Origin: an uncultured virus (IMG/VR IMGVR_UViG_3300013004_000043)
Taxonomy: Duplodnaviria; Heunggongvirae; Uroviricota; Caudoviricetes
IMG/VR virus record: IMGVR_UViG_3300013004_000043
Coordinates: 1-64,000 of that record
Strand: one strand, 5' to 3'
DNA length: 64,000 bases
The notes below the pieces were generated by a model. It ran no database searches and was not told where the DNA came from. It was given only the letters and a program-made list of their open reading frames with translations. The translations under genes were made by a program, and so were the position numbers. The first letter of the stretch is position 1; each line of letters starts with the position of its first letter. Shown one piece after another: positions 38,814 to 49,025 of the stretch.

Positions 38814-41800
38814 CTACTGCTTAGTAGCCTTATTGACAGCATCTACCGCATCTTTCATCAAACCACCGTCTAACCGATCTGCGGTTTTTTCGTCTTCTGG
38901 AAAATTTAACTCCATCTGTGCAAGCTTCTCCCCGCCTGATTTTCGGCAGCAGTCCGGTTTATCGCACGGAGTATCTTTACTAATAGCACCATTCTTTTCC
39001 ATAATTATCACGCCTTAATCAAAAGAACAAAGTCTAAACAACCCATCGTCCAACTTAGTCCAACCGAAGCCACTTGATAGTTGACGCCAGTCGCTTGAAC
39101 TCCAACCGTTACCGGTTGGTTTATGTCTAAAACAGGAGGCAAATACTGTTGTCCGTACTCGAATCGAGTGTCGTAAACCAGAACAAGACATTGTTTTGAG
39201 TCAATAACTTGATGATACTTCGACGACAAAGTACCAAACTGGTCGAATTCAAAATATACCGTAAAACACGGTTTAGACGGAACATCAGCCGTCAGAAACG
39301 GTATTTCCAACTTCGCAAAAGCCTCAGAAATCACACTTTCACGTGAAATAACAGCTGCAGGTTTCGCGTCAGCAGTTATTTTGTTTAAGGTCACCGACGA
39401 ATCCTCGTAATCAATCAGGTCTTCCCAAACCTCCGTAGAAGTCGGTTTAGCTTCTTTAGGAGTCCTGGCTTTTCTTGTTGCTTTTTGTTTAGGTTGTGCG
39501 GCTAACGCTTGAAAAAAATCTGAACCGTTGGCTGCCGCTTTTGCAGCTTTTTGAAGAGCTTCTTTGGAAACCTTGCTGAGGTCGACAGTAACCGATTCGG
39601 ATTCATCTGGATCAACTACAACTACACCAGGCTTGTTATGATTAAAACCTGACGATCTGCCATCGGAATCTGCAGCGTAAGCGTCGTTTACACCGTTAGC
39701 TGAAGCACTAGGTATTTCCGTGGCTCCTGGTAGTACTAGACTAGGTTTGTAGCCGCTCATTGTCGTTTCCTTTAAGACGGTAGATTGTCGTTGTCGTTGT
39801 CGTTGTCGTTATTTTTTTGCGTGGAATCTTGAAAAGGATCAGATGTACCTGGTTGAAAATACTGCGACGAAAGAAAGGCATCATCACCCATCCAACCTTG
39901 TTGTAGTTCTTCCATATTCGCATTCTCAGTTAGTTCTGCCACGTCAAATACGACAAGCTCTCCTGCCGCGTTCAACCTGGCTGCTGTCTGATTAGGTAGT
40001 CGCAGATAATAATCTATGTCGCCCTTTATCCTTTGAATCTTGGTTATAGTCAATGGTAAACCGAAAAACACAGATACGGACGTTTCCTTACCTATGCGAA
40101 GATGTAAAGCTTTTACCAGATCGGAAAGTCTTGTGTAGGCGTACACTGAAGGGTAATCGCCTTCCGGACTATCGCAAAGACAATACTTAAGTGTCGGAAG
40201 CGATATTTCCTCAGCTTCCTGCTGACTAATCGCCAGCATTGCGTCTGCTACGACTGGGGGTAGTCGCTTAAGATACGCAGCGTAGTCTAGTTGATTGTCG
40301 TCAGTCGCAGGTTGCCTGGTTACGATAGCCTGCATTGCGTTTTCAATAGCCGACAACTCTGGTTTCTTAACTCCTGTCATCTTGTATCCCCTCGCTAGAA
40401 GGCACGTAAGACAGTGTTACATAAAACATATCCGCAGAAATAGAAACAACGCCCGGAACAGCTATAATTGACTTGGTGCTAGAAACCCAGTCGTTTACTT
40501 TTAATTCCAGCAAGTCCAAAGACTCTGCATAGAACAGCTTCAAAGAAAGAAGTTGATCCGGGATAAGAAACGTTTGCAAACTTTTTAAAGGAAACAATTT
40601 CGGATCTGTTATTTCAAAAGTCATACGTTTGTCCTTTTTGAAGAAATGCTTTTACCTCGCTTAGCTACATCTAAGTAGTACGCTTCATCCTGCATTTCGG
40701 TCATTACTCGCTTGTAAGCTAAAAATGCAGCGTCAGTGTCTTTGTGCGAAAGGCTAAATAGTCTTTTTGCAGCTTTAACATGCAAGCTGTCCGGAGGATA
40801 AGACACCATGCCAGGTAAAGCTTGTGTTGATTTTTTTGTATCGAAGGCGCACTGCCTGATGTTTGAAAGCACCGCAAAAACACTGATCTCTATTACCGGT
40901 GTACTTGTTAAAACGACACGCTCTAAATCCGTATTTAGCGGATCGTAAATTTTTAGCTTTTGCAACGCGTACTGGTAAAGCACGTTCTTGTCTAAATCAA
41001 ACTGCACCGTTTCCAGGATTCCATCGACTAACTTTTGGTACTCATCAATTCGCACTGCCCACAACAAATGGTTCCATGCCTTATCTTCCCCGTGTGCAAA
41101 CCCGGAGAATATAGGTTTATCGAACTGGTACCAATATACAGACAAGTTGTACTTTTCAACTAGATCTGACAAATTTTTTTCAGTGAATCGACCCCACAAA
41201 TACAGTGCAGCTGGTGTGTACCACGCGTAACCTGGAATGTTCTCAAGCTTTTTCGCGTTCTGGAACTGAATACGATATTTAGGAACTCTGAACGGCTTGA
41301 AAAGATAGTGTTTGTCTTCGTGCAGCTGAACTTTGTTCACGATTATTTTTCCACCGGTACCGAGTCAACAATACCGAGTATCTGTGCCGCGGTAAGCAAC
41401 AAAATGCTTGAGTTGTCGACACCAGCACCAGGACAATACTGATTTGCTAGATTATCGTATATGGCTAGCGTACCTGTCTGCTCAAGCTTTTGGCGGTTGT
41501 TATGTGCGTAAGCTTTGACCAAACCTAACGCTTCTGTCTCGCAAATTTGAATATGCCGTATGCCTTCAAAAGTATCCATACCGTAAGGTATTGGACTATC
41601 TAAAACAGCGCAAGCGTTCACCAGTAACCGACAGAAATCATTGTCGGATTTGAAACTGACAAAGGTAATATCATTCTCTGATTTTGGCTTGTGGGCTCTC
41701 ATAAAGAGATCAGGAAAGGTAGCCGAAAAAAACGACTTGCAAGCCAAACTAATCGGCGGCTTAGCGTCCGGTGTTCCCGGAAAACGTGTCGCTAGACTGT

Positions 41801-42068
41801 ACTTAGCTGACTTATTCTTCTGCGGCACAGTTATACGTGTGGCCAGCAAAGTGTAATTGAACGGATCTGCTGACTTAAAGTCTTGTAGTAATTTAAAAGG
41901 GTTTTCAAATTGCTTAAGCAAAACTTGTAGTTCTGGACTCGCGGCTTTTATGCGAGCAAATCGATCAGCTTTACTTTCAGCATCACACACCGCATCAAGC
42001 ATAGCCGCTGTGTCTTCCCACCACCTTATAACGTTATCCGTCTCAAGCCAGCTCAAAAAAACTAACAT
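38814..42068 (-). other. Six coupled hypothetical ORFs (38814, 39008, 39772, 40367, 40621, 41343)
   Basis: Overlapping stop/start codons; no motif recognised. Confidence 0.65.
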
Positions 42069-42538
42069 CAGTTTGCCTTACGCCCCTCTACGAGCAATTT
42101 ACGATACATCGCAGTACGCTTAGCTGCGCTTTTACAACCTTCAATTTGAGAAGTAGCTGCACCCATCGACAATAAGCTGTCGATTTGTTGCTTTTTATTG
42201 ACCCGGCTAAATCTTCGTGTGACCTGCTTAAGCCCGATTGGATGATAAGGGCCTTGCGACGCTTCCAGATAGGTGGCAATCTTGCGTAAAGTATCAGGTA
42301 AAGAAACAGTAGTATTTACGCATCTTGTGCGAAAGAAATTCTCGATCTTACCCATAAGAGCGTTTACTTCCAGCGAAATGACGCCCCGCACTCTACCTGA
42401 GTTGTGATCGTGATCAACTACTGGAGTGAACTTATCCCCGGACATACCTAAAATAGGACACGCATCTGGTGTGTTCTTTTTTCGGTAGTCCTGCAGTTTG
42501 TCGTACGGGACATAAAACTGATATTCTTCAGACATCAA
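42068..42538 (-). CDS. Recombination endonuclease VII-like protein
   Basis: CPI..VVDHDH.SGRVRGVI...VNALMGKIEN; the second CxxC is absent. Confidence 0.8.
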   Translation of the reverse strand: MMSEEYQFYVPYDKLQDYRKKNTPDACPILGMSGDKFTPVVDHDHNSGRVRGVISLEVNALMGKIENFFRTRCVNTTVSLPDTLRKIATYLEASQGPYHPIGLKQVTRRFSRVNKKQQIDSLLSMGAATSQIEGCKSAAKRTAMYRKLLVEGRKAN

Positions 42539-43467
42539 ACAGGCCTTTGCTTTCGTCGCTGTGCGGGCGATACGGCTGGAACGGTTCTCGTAGCTCTGTC
42601 TATTGTCGGTACTCTCGGTAAATTTTCAACCTTATCAGTCAAAGCTTCTAGCTGAATTTGCTTAATTTCTTTTTCGATTAAAGGCTCTAAGCCTTCTGGT
42701 GATAGCGGTTTAGGCTGCTCGTTAACCAGTAGTCGGTACTGCTGCATAATGTAATGTACACACATCGCGTCGTAAGCTGCACCGTGCAGTTGGTTTGCAT
42801 CAATAGCGTGCTTTTCTGTCAACTTGTAGAAATCCAGAATAGCCGACATGTTCCATTTAAGCCCTGCGATTCTGACGCCTGCTATGCGGATGAAGTAGTC
42901 TTTAAGCGTCTCTCCGGCTGCTGGTAGCACGATACCCCTATACACTCCAAACGGGCTACCAGGGTCCATAATACGGCTGGCTTTGAAAAGTACACCAGTA
43001 TCGAAGTAGCTCGAAGCAGGCAGATCAAAGCTTCTGTTAAGAAACCGGTTGAAATTACTCTTAACCATTCTCTCGTCGGCCCAGACTCCGTTCTGAGCCA
43101 CAAAAGGTAATTCTCTTTTTTTCCATGTATCGAAAAGCTGATAATAAAAACGAAGGACTTCAATTGGGTCTTGCCCGTTTTCCTTTATAAAAGAAGGGTT
43201 TAAACGCCAACCGGCACCGATAATGCCACGCATGTTACTCAGTTTGTAGTCTAACCAGCCCGTATCAATATCTGCTTTGTACCAGTTAAGCACAAAACTT
43301 TTATGATCTACGACCTTGTTATCTTCAACGATCACGTGCCCGATCTCTAACACGAGATCTTTTTCTTGGCTATTACCTGTGAACTCGGTATCGAAACAAA
43401 GATATGAGCTTGGAAACTCACCGCCGTATTGTTTCTTAAACCGAGGACTCCATTCGTTTACTATCAT
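42535..43467 (-). CDS. DEDDh 3'-5' exonuclease (DnaQ-like)
   Basis: ExoI CFDTEFTG, ExoII AQNG..AD, ExoIII HGAAYDA. Confidence 0.85.
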   Translation of the reverse strand: MIVNEWSPRFKKQYGGEFPSSYLCFDTEFTGNSQEKDLVLEIGHVIVEDNKVVDHKSFVLNWYKADIDTGWLDYKLSNMRGIIGAGWRLNPSFIKENGQDPIEVLRFYYQLFDTWKKRELPFVAQNGVWADERMVKSNFNRFLNRSFDLPASSYFDTGVLFKASRIMDPGSPFGVYRGIVLPAAGETLKDYFIRIAGVRIAGLKWNMSAILDFYKLTEKHAIDANQLHGAAYDAMCVHYIMQQYRLLVNEQPKPLSPEGLEPLIEKEIKQIQLEALTDKVENLPRVPTIDRATRTVPAVSPAQRRKQRPV

Positions 43468-43472
43468 AAGGC

Positions 43473-43988
43473 TTATCGACTTGAAAAAACGCCTAAAGCC
43501 GCTTTTAGCTTGGCAAACAACTTGTAAACTCTACGCAACCATCGTGGATATCGCATATACTCAAGCAAAGACTGCGACTCTTTAACCAAAGACTTTGCGT
43601 CGTGCAAAGGACCTTCGCCGCCAAGCGTAGCTTCCCTGATACCTACATGCTGAATACCAGCATACACGGTACCTATCATAGCCATAACAGCAACTTGTGC
43701 CGCTGGCTTCGTTTCAAAAAACCCGGAGTCGTCCATTGCGTTGAGCATAGACAGTTGGGGTAGGTTTGCTGAGTCTACAAGATAACGGCAATAAGCTGCA
43801 CAAGCGTCACCTAAATCTTTGTCTGTTACATTTTCGCGTTTAAGCACCTCGGAAAGTTCTTTCCAGGAGTTCTTGTCCTCGAGTCTCTTGGCTACTTCCT
43901 CCATAACTTGCTTAAAGTTATGTGCCACATCTCTGCCTGGATTGTAAAGTCGATTGTCACTTGCCGACATTCTAGCCTGCAATGTCAT
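43473..43988 (-). CDS. Hypothetical protein
   Basis: 171-aa coupled ORF. Confidence 0.65.
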   Translation of the reverse strand: MTLQARMSASDNRLYNPGRDVAHNFKQVMEEVAKRLEDKNSWKELSEVLKRENVTDKDLGDACAAYCRYLVDSANLPQLSMLNAMDDSGFFETKPAAQVAVMAMIGTVYAGIQHVGIREATLGGEGPLHDAKSLVKESQSLLEYMRYPRWLRRVYKLFAKLKAALGVFSSR

Positions 43989-44893
43989 TGTTTTCTCCTG
44001 ACCGCTGCACAGTTAACGCAAACATCTGGGTGAAGTTTATCGTCTTGATTACAGTAGCCCCTAGTCTTACACGCTTTGCAGCTTATTATCGTATAAGTAC
44101 TAGGATGCGTAGCCATCTCACACCTGTCCGTACCGTACGGACATTGATGGCATTCTATACTATCCGAAAGCTTGTGAAAACAAGGAGTTACGTTTCTGTC
44201 CCGCCTTGTTATCAAAATTTTGTTGTAGGTCATAGTTGAGTTACTGTGGCCTACTTCAGTTGCTGTCGGTTCATTTCTAGCCTTAGATCGCGTAGGATCA
44301 AGCAGCAAAAAGCAACGAAGACCTGCGTATTGCCGGTAATCCCAAAACAAGTTTCGAGCCGTATTCTCACCAAGCCGGTTAAGCTTAGACCGATTAAAGC
44401 CGAAACCTAAGTTTTTATTGTCTCTGTTTGTTGCCAGGTGCGTTGTCTTTTCAAAAGACCAGCTCTGAACCAACTTCCTAGGTACAATAGAACCAGCAAG
44501 TGATTGAAATATGAAACGATTTTTCAACTTTCCATCTTGCTTAACTACGTGTACCTCTTCCACAAAGACCGGTATCCATTCAAATTTACGTTGAAAAGTC
44601 CAGTCGATGACCGGATTGCCTACCCACATCGTGTCGACATTTGCGGCTATTCGCCAACAAAGCTCGAGTAGAAGGCTATCAGTCAAAACTTTACCGGCTA
44701 AGTTTTTGATGCTGTTAGTAACCGACGCCGCGGGCATACCTTCCGGCAAAGCCGAAAGCAACTTTTCACTAAAAGCATCGTAAACACCCTGAGTAAGATC
44801 ATGTCCCAGGAAGGACGTCAATGCGGAAGTTAGTCTGTCCCGTTTGGCCAGGATCTTGGCTATCGATATCGACGGTATTTCCGGTAGCTCCAT
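43985..44893 (-). CDS. Hypothetical protein with Cys-rich C-terminus
   Basis: CHQC, CKAC and CVNC motifs suggest Zn binding. Confidence 0.65.
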   Translation of the reverse strand: MELPEIPSISIAKILAKRDRLTSALTSFLGHDLTQGVYDAFSEKLLSALPEGMPAASVTNSIKNLAGKVLTDSLLLELCWRIAANVDTMWVGNPVIDWTFQRKFEWIPVFVEEVHVVKQDGKLKNRFIFQSLAGSIVPRKLVQSWSFEKTTHLATNRDNKNLGFGFNRSKLNRLGENTARNLFWDYRQYAGLRCFLLLDPTRSKARNEPTATEVGHSNSTMTYNKILITRRDRNVTPCFHKLSDSIECHQCPYGTDRCEMATHPSTYTIISCKACKTRGYCNQDDKLHPDVCVNCAAVRRKQ

Positions 44894-45338
44894 TGAGGTC
44901 TACTCCGCAATCTTCTACTGTAAGGGCCATGTCAATGAAAAGAAATCGATCCCATTCTACGGCGTGCCCTGTGCTCGGGTCGAGAAACATGTGATGGCTT
45001 TTGTCGTTGCCAAAGCCGTGCAAATACTGGTACGGCGAGAAGTCAAGCAAAGGACTATGTGAATCAACAGGCATGTTGGACATTTTTTGCAAAACCTCTG
45101 TCATTTGTTCTAGCGTACCTTCGGCATTTAAAAACTCAGCTACAGCCGCCGCGAAGTGGTTTAGCCGTTCTAGATGGCTTGCTGCGAAAGGTCCGCAGTC
45201 CGGGTAGTCGGCTAAGGAGGCCAATACCGTATCAAAAACAATCTCACCACGGTATGTCAGATCAAAAACAAGCAAGTCGTCGGTAATATACGCGTTAAAC
45301 CCGTCACCGGGTTCCATGTCTTTAAAATCAAATTTCAT
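44799..45338 (-). CDS. Hypothetical protein
   Basis: 179-aa ORF coupled to the upstream GT gene. Confidence 0.55.
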   Translation of the reverse strand: MKFDFKDMEPGDGFNAYITDDLLVFDLTYRGEIVFDTVLASLADYPDCGPFAASHLERLNHFAAAVAEFLNAEGTLEQMTEVLQKMSNMPVDSHSPLLDFSPYQYLHGFGNDKSHHMFLDPSTGHAVEWDRFLFIDMALTVEDCGVDLNGATGNTVDIDSQDPGQTGQTNFRIDVLPGT

Positions 45339-45339
45339 G

Positions 45340-46146
45340 TTAGCTTCCGTAAAAAGTTACTTGCGTTTCGAAATTCTGGTGCGTTGTCGATGGAAATGGT
45401 TCTCCATCTGAAAAAACATAACGCTCACCAGTTACACCTATACCTCGTCTACCTGATCTGCCGCCCACGTTGATATGCACACCTTTCTTAGTGTCTAGTG
45501 CATCCTTGAAGCAGGCTTCGCAATGACACAAAGCCACGCTCTCAGGTGCTCGACCTAGTCTCGCGTTCTGCTGTCGAGCTAGCTCTCCTAAAATAGAATC
45601 TCCCCCATTGTGATGCAATTCTGGAAAAGGGTAGTCCCATCTCGTTAAAAAGAAAGCATTGCCCACCCACCAACCACCAGTAACAAACTTGTAAAGGTGG
45701 TTAGAGGTTACAGGTTTACCCGTGTACCAGGGTTGGTGCGGTATAGCTGCATACTGCTTACCACGCTGACGTATCCGGTGAACACAACCGTAGATATCGT
45801 ACAGTCTAGTTGCGTCCTTTACTTGTCGCCACCAGGCATCGTCTACGTTCAACAGATAACTGTCGTCATCAAACCACATTACTTCCTTGGTTTTCAGATT
45901 TTTAAACATTTGACGCATAAGTGGGTATTTGCCGACATTTTCGTTGTTAACGGGCTGGTACAACGAAACTTTAGTACGTTTGGACTTTGTCGCAGCCCAA
46001 TTGCGAACAAAAGACGCAGTATCATTTGATACTTCGTTAAGCCCGACTCGTATTTCTAAAACAAAACGCGTGCCAGAGATAGACTCCAGCACGCGTTTTG
46101 CAAGCTCAGGATAGTTGCCGTAAAGCAACACACAAACAGTGAACAT
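45340..46146 (-). CDS. GT-A (GT2-like) glycosyltransferase
   Basis: FTVCVLLYG start, NVGKYP, VMWFDDDS DxD motif, GGWW, GGD. Confidence 0.7.
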   Translation of the reverse strand: MFTVCVLLYGNYPELAKRVLESISGTRFVLEIRVGLNEVSNDTASFVRNWAATKSKRTKVSLYQPVNNENVGKYPLMRQMFKNLKTKEVMWFDDDSYLLNVDDAWWRQVKDATRLYDIYGCVHRIRQRGKQYAAIPHQPWYTGKPVTSNHLYKFVTGGWWVGNAFFLTRWDYPFPELHHNGGDSILGELARQQNARLGRAPESVALCHCEACFKDALDTKKGVHINVGGRSGRRGIGVTGERYVFSDGEPFPSTTHQNFETQVTFYGS

Positions 46147-46148
46147 CG

Positions 46149-46940
46149 TTAGCCTTTCGCTTTTTTAGCCGCCGTTGCAACCGGTTCGGCTTTCTTAGGT
46201 GCTCGAGACCGAGCTTTCTTCAACTTGTCTCGTGTCTCAAGTAGCGTTTTTTCGGTTTCCGAAATTCTGGCCAGTGCATTGTCTAAGTTTTCAACAAACT
46301 CAGCATCAAAATTACCGTCTTCGATTTCGTCGACCGCAGCAACAAATGGACTAAGCATTTCTTGCAAGTAGTTATCAGTTTGCTGTGTGCTGTTGATTAA
46401 CTTCTGCAACATGGCGTTAGGTGACTTTGGAATGCCTGGCTTTCGCCCGCCATTTCGTTTAATCTCTGCGTCACCTTTGCTAGAAATCTCAACACCTAAC
46501 TCACGAGCTGACATCGCTTCCTTACGAATTTTAACCAACAACGCCTCTCGTTTAGCTTCATTTGAAATCTTTTGCAACTGATGAAAGTGCGAAAAACTAA
46601 GCAACCTTCCGTCGCTCATAGGTTGCTCAACCTGCTGCACCAAGTACTCTCTTCGAAACGCCAAAGCAACGTTTCGATAATCTGTCAACTGCGTCAAGCT
46701 GAAACCATCTTTACCCAGATAGTTTGCGAGCTTATTCATTTCAGCTCGCTTGGCCGCATCATTTAGGCCTTCTGACTTGTACAAAATGTCAATCGAGCTG
46801 CCAATATCGTGATATAGCAAAACGCCGACCTTACCTGCCGCAAGAATCTTCTGCTCGATCTTCGATGCAATTTCCTTTGTGACATCGTTCATCGAATCTA
46901 GCAATTCTTGTTTCTTCTTAGAAACGATCAAAGCACTCAT
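46149..46940 (-). CDS. DUF1016/YhcG N-terminal-like DNA-binding protein
   Basis: GFSLTQLTDYR...LSFSHF..L...REAL...MSAREL..I resembles the YhcG N-domain; no nuclease domain. Confidence 0.5.
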   Translation of the reverse strand: MSALIVSKKKQELLDSMNDVTKEIASKIEQKILAAGKVGVLLYHDIGSSIDILYKSEGLNDAAKRAEMNKLANYLGKDGFSLTQLTDYRNVALAFRREYLVQQVEQPMSDGRLLSFSHFHQLQKISNEAKREALLVKIRKEAMSARELGVEISSKGDAEIKRNGGRKPGIPKSPNAMLQKLINSTQQTDNYLQEMLSPFVAAVDEIEDGNFDAEFVENLDNALARISETEKTLLETRDKLKKARSRAPKKAEPVATAAKKAKG

Positions 46941-47470
46941 GTGTTACTCCTTAGGTGATTCAAAAAACCAGTAAAAGACTGAACAACCATAGTACTGCCA
47001 TCCTCAGCCTTGTAAAGATGGCAACCAGAGCCAGACGGAACAAATTTGTCTGGATCCCCATTATGCAGAATCAAACCCTGCTGAAAACCCTTCCTTGGAA
47101 AAACCATACCTACGGGCTTTTTACCTGAAAAAGACTTGTGCTTCTCCAGGTACTTTTTTACCAGCGGTAAAACGGTAAAAGATTTAAACCACATAGGATG
47201 CACCGAGCGGTTATCCCGGTGAATTGGCGGCTGCCCTTTAAACGTGTCAGCAAAAAGCACAAATGGAAAATCGTTACACACTTGATTGAAATCATCAAAC
47301 GTGTAAGTGCTAGTTGCAGCAATTTGTTTCAGCTCTGAAAGCAGCGTTTTGTAACCTGTGACCTGTATAAGGTGCATAATCCTAGCGTGTTCCCATGCAG
47401 CACTAGTGACCGAATGAGCATCGATGCTCTGAAACTTGGCCAGCAACGGGTTGTTTGGATTGCCTTCCAT
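46937..47470 (-). CDS. Hypothetical protein
   Basis: 177-aa ORF coupled to the RecA-like gene. Confidence 0.6.
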   Translation of the reverse strand: MEGNPNNPLLAKFQSIDAHSVTSAAWEHARIMHLIQVTGYKTLLSELKQIAATSTYTFDDFNQVCNDFPFVLFADTFKGQPPIHRDNRSVHPMWFKSFTVLPLVKKYLEKHKSFSGKKPVGMVFPRKGFQQGLILHNGDPDKFVPSGSGCHLYKAEDGSTMVVQSFTGFLNHLRSNT

Positions 47471-48966
47471 TACTCGGCCTCAGCTCTGTAGTCGTTGTGG
47501 ATATCTGCAAGCGACAGACCGTTGATTAGCTTTGGTCTAGCCTTGATGTCTAAAGCCTCACGAATTTTACTACAAATCTCAGGATTAGAGTGGATCATCT
47601 GCCCTACTTCTTGCCAGGGTAGGTACTCCTCTTTACCCATACCGAGTGCAACCATGTTTGCTAGGCATTCAACGTCAGCCGCAGGCGACTTCACCTTGAT
47701 GTCTAAACCCATCGCCTTGAGTCTATTCTTAGCAATACCCTCGGCTTCGTGTAACAGACTGCAAATCGACCAATCCCAATCCCAGGTTACCTGCTGTATA
47801 AACTGACCCGTAGTCGGATCTTGTTCATGCCACCAAAGAAACCTGGTTTTAATCCAACGGTGTGTCGGACCAAAAGAATTTTTCGAACAGGCTATCTTTA
47901 CGCCGATACCTTCAAATTGTGAATTCTTAAACTTGCTCCGCCACACAGACAAGTTAAGCCCGATAGACTCGCGGAAGTTTACGTTCTCGCCGCCTAGCGT
48001 GTAACTATGCTCAATACCTCTATCGTCCTTTTTAGTCTTGAGGTGGTTCACAACCAAGATCATGAAAGGAAAGTTGGTCAATTGAGGAATAATCGCATTC
48101 AGGTAGTTTTTGTTTTTCAACGCATCAATCGGGTGAGCTCGGTCGGCGTGACCTTCTTGAACTACTTTGTCTTGCAACTCTTGCGATAGACCAGCTGCTA
48201 GTGAATCCAATCCAATAGCCACTGGAATTGTTGGGCCAGGCCCAGGCTCTCGCTTAGTGCCAGTAAGAACACGTTTTACTTCTGCCACATAATGCGTAAA
48301 CATCTCCTGCCACTCTTCGGTAGAGTTACAGCGGTTGGAGACGAACGGTACAACATCGTGTGGCGATCGCATGATGCGGCAAGCAAAATCCGCGTCAAAC
48401 TTGTGCTCCGCGTCAATGTGAAAAGGCAAACCGTTGAGCTCGTAGACCCATCTAAAAAACTCAAACAGAAGCGAAGATTTACACGACCCCCAGCTACCCG
48501 CAAGCATGATGAGCGCAAACGGTAGGACATCGTTTGCAAGCACATACTCAATCGGTAAAGACGGAGTAGGAATACCTACGCAAAGCTGATCCAATTCCTT
48601 TCTACTGCCAAAAACCTTAGTTGCCCCAAATTTCTCTTTTGCTACCGCGGTAAACGCTTTCATCAACCCGTTACGCGCATTACTCCGATTATTACCAGAC
48701 CACTGAGCATCAAGAGACGCCTTACCTGCCTTGGTAAGCTTTCTTGGGTCGTGGAAAATAGCAAGCTTATCTGCAGGTTCGTTCGATTCCTCTTTAGCAG
48801 GCTTGCTTGATTTTTTAATTCCGCTTTTAGCGTCTTTCTTTTTACTATCAGCCGCAATAGATTCCGGCTTTTGCGTTTTAGCCGTGTTTTCCGGTTTCAC
48901 CGGTTGTGACGGCAGCTCTAACGAAGAATCTGCAATAAACTCATCGTAATCAGAATTTTCAGACAT
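47470..48966 (-). CDS. RecA/UvsX-like recombinase
   Basis: Walker A GSWGSCKS, IDAE, Walker B IGLDSLAAG, VVNHL, TLGG...F, KNSFG. Confidence 0.8.
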   Translation of the reverse strand: MSENSDYDEFIADSSLELPSQPVKPENTAKTQKPESIAADSKKKDAKSGIKKSSKPAKEESNEPADKLAIFHDPRKLTKAGKASLDAQWSGNNRSNARNGLMKAFTAVAKEKFGATKVFGSRKELDQLCVGIPTPSLPIEYVLANDVLPFALIMLAGSWGSCKSSLLFEFFRWVYELNGLPFHIDAEHKFDADFACRIMRSPHDVVPFVSNRCNSTEEWQEMFTHYVAEVKRVLTGTKREPGPGPTIPVAIGLDSLAAGLSQELQDKVVQEGHADRAHPIDALKNKNYLNAIIPQLTNFPFMILVVNHLKTKKDDRGIEHSYTLGGENVNFRESIGLNLSVWRSKFKNSQFEGIGVKIACSKNSFGPTHRWIKTRFLWWHEQDPTTGQFIQQVTWDWDWSICSLLHEAEGIAKNRLKAMGLDIKVKSPAADVECLANMVALGMGKEEYLPWQEVGQMIHSNPEICSKIREALDIKARPKLINGLSLADIHNDYRAEAE

Positions 48967-48975
48967 GACGACTCC

Positions 48976-49005
48976 AAAAAGCGTAGCCGGGTTATCCGGC
49001 TACGC
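48976..49005 (-). terminator. Intrinsic terminator
   Basis: GCGTAGCCGG ATAAC CCGGCTACGC followed by T5 on the minus strand. Confidence 0.75.
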
Positions 49006-49025
49006 GTGAACAAAAACTAAACACA

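Noticed and set aside
39787..39810. (GTCGTT)4 microsatellite
   Set aside because: Simply encodes the NDNDND tail of ORF 39772..40380
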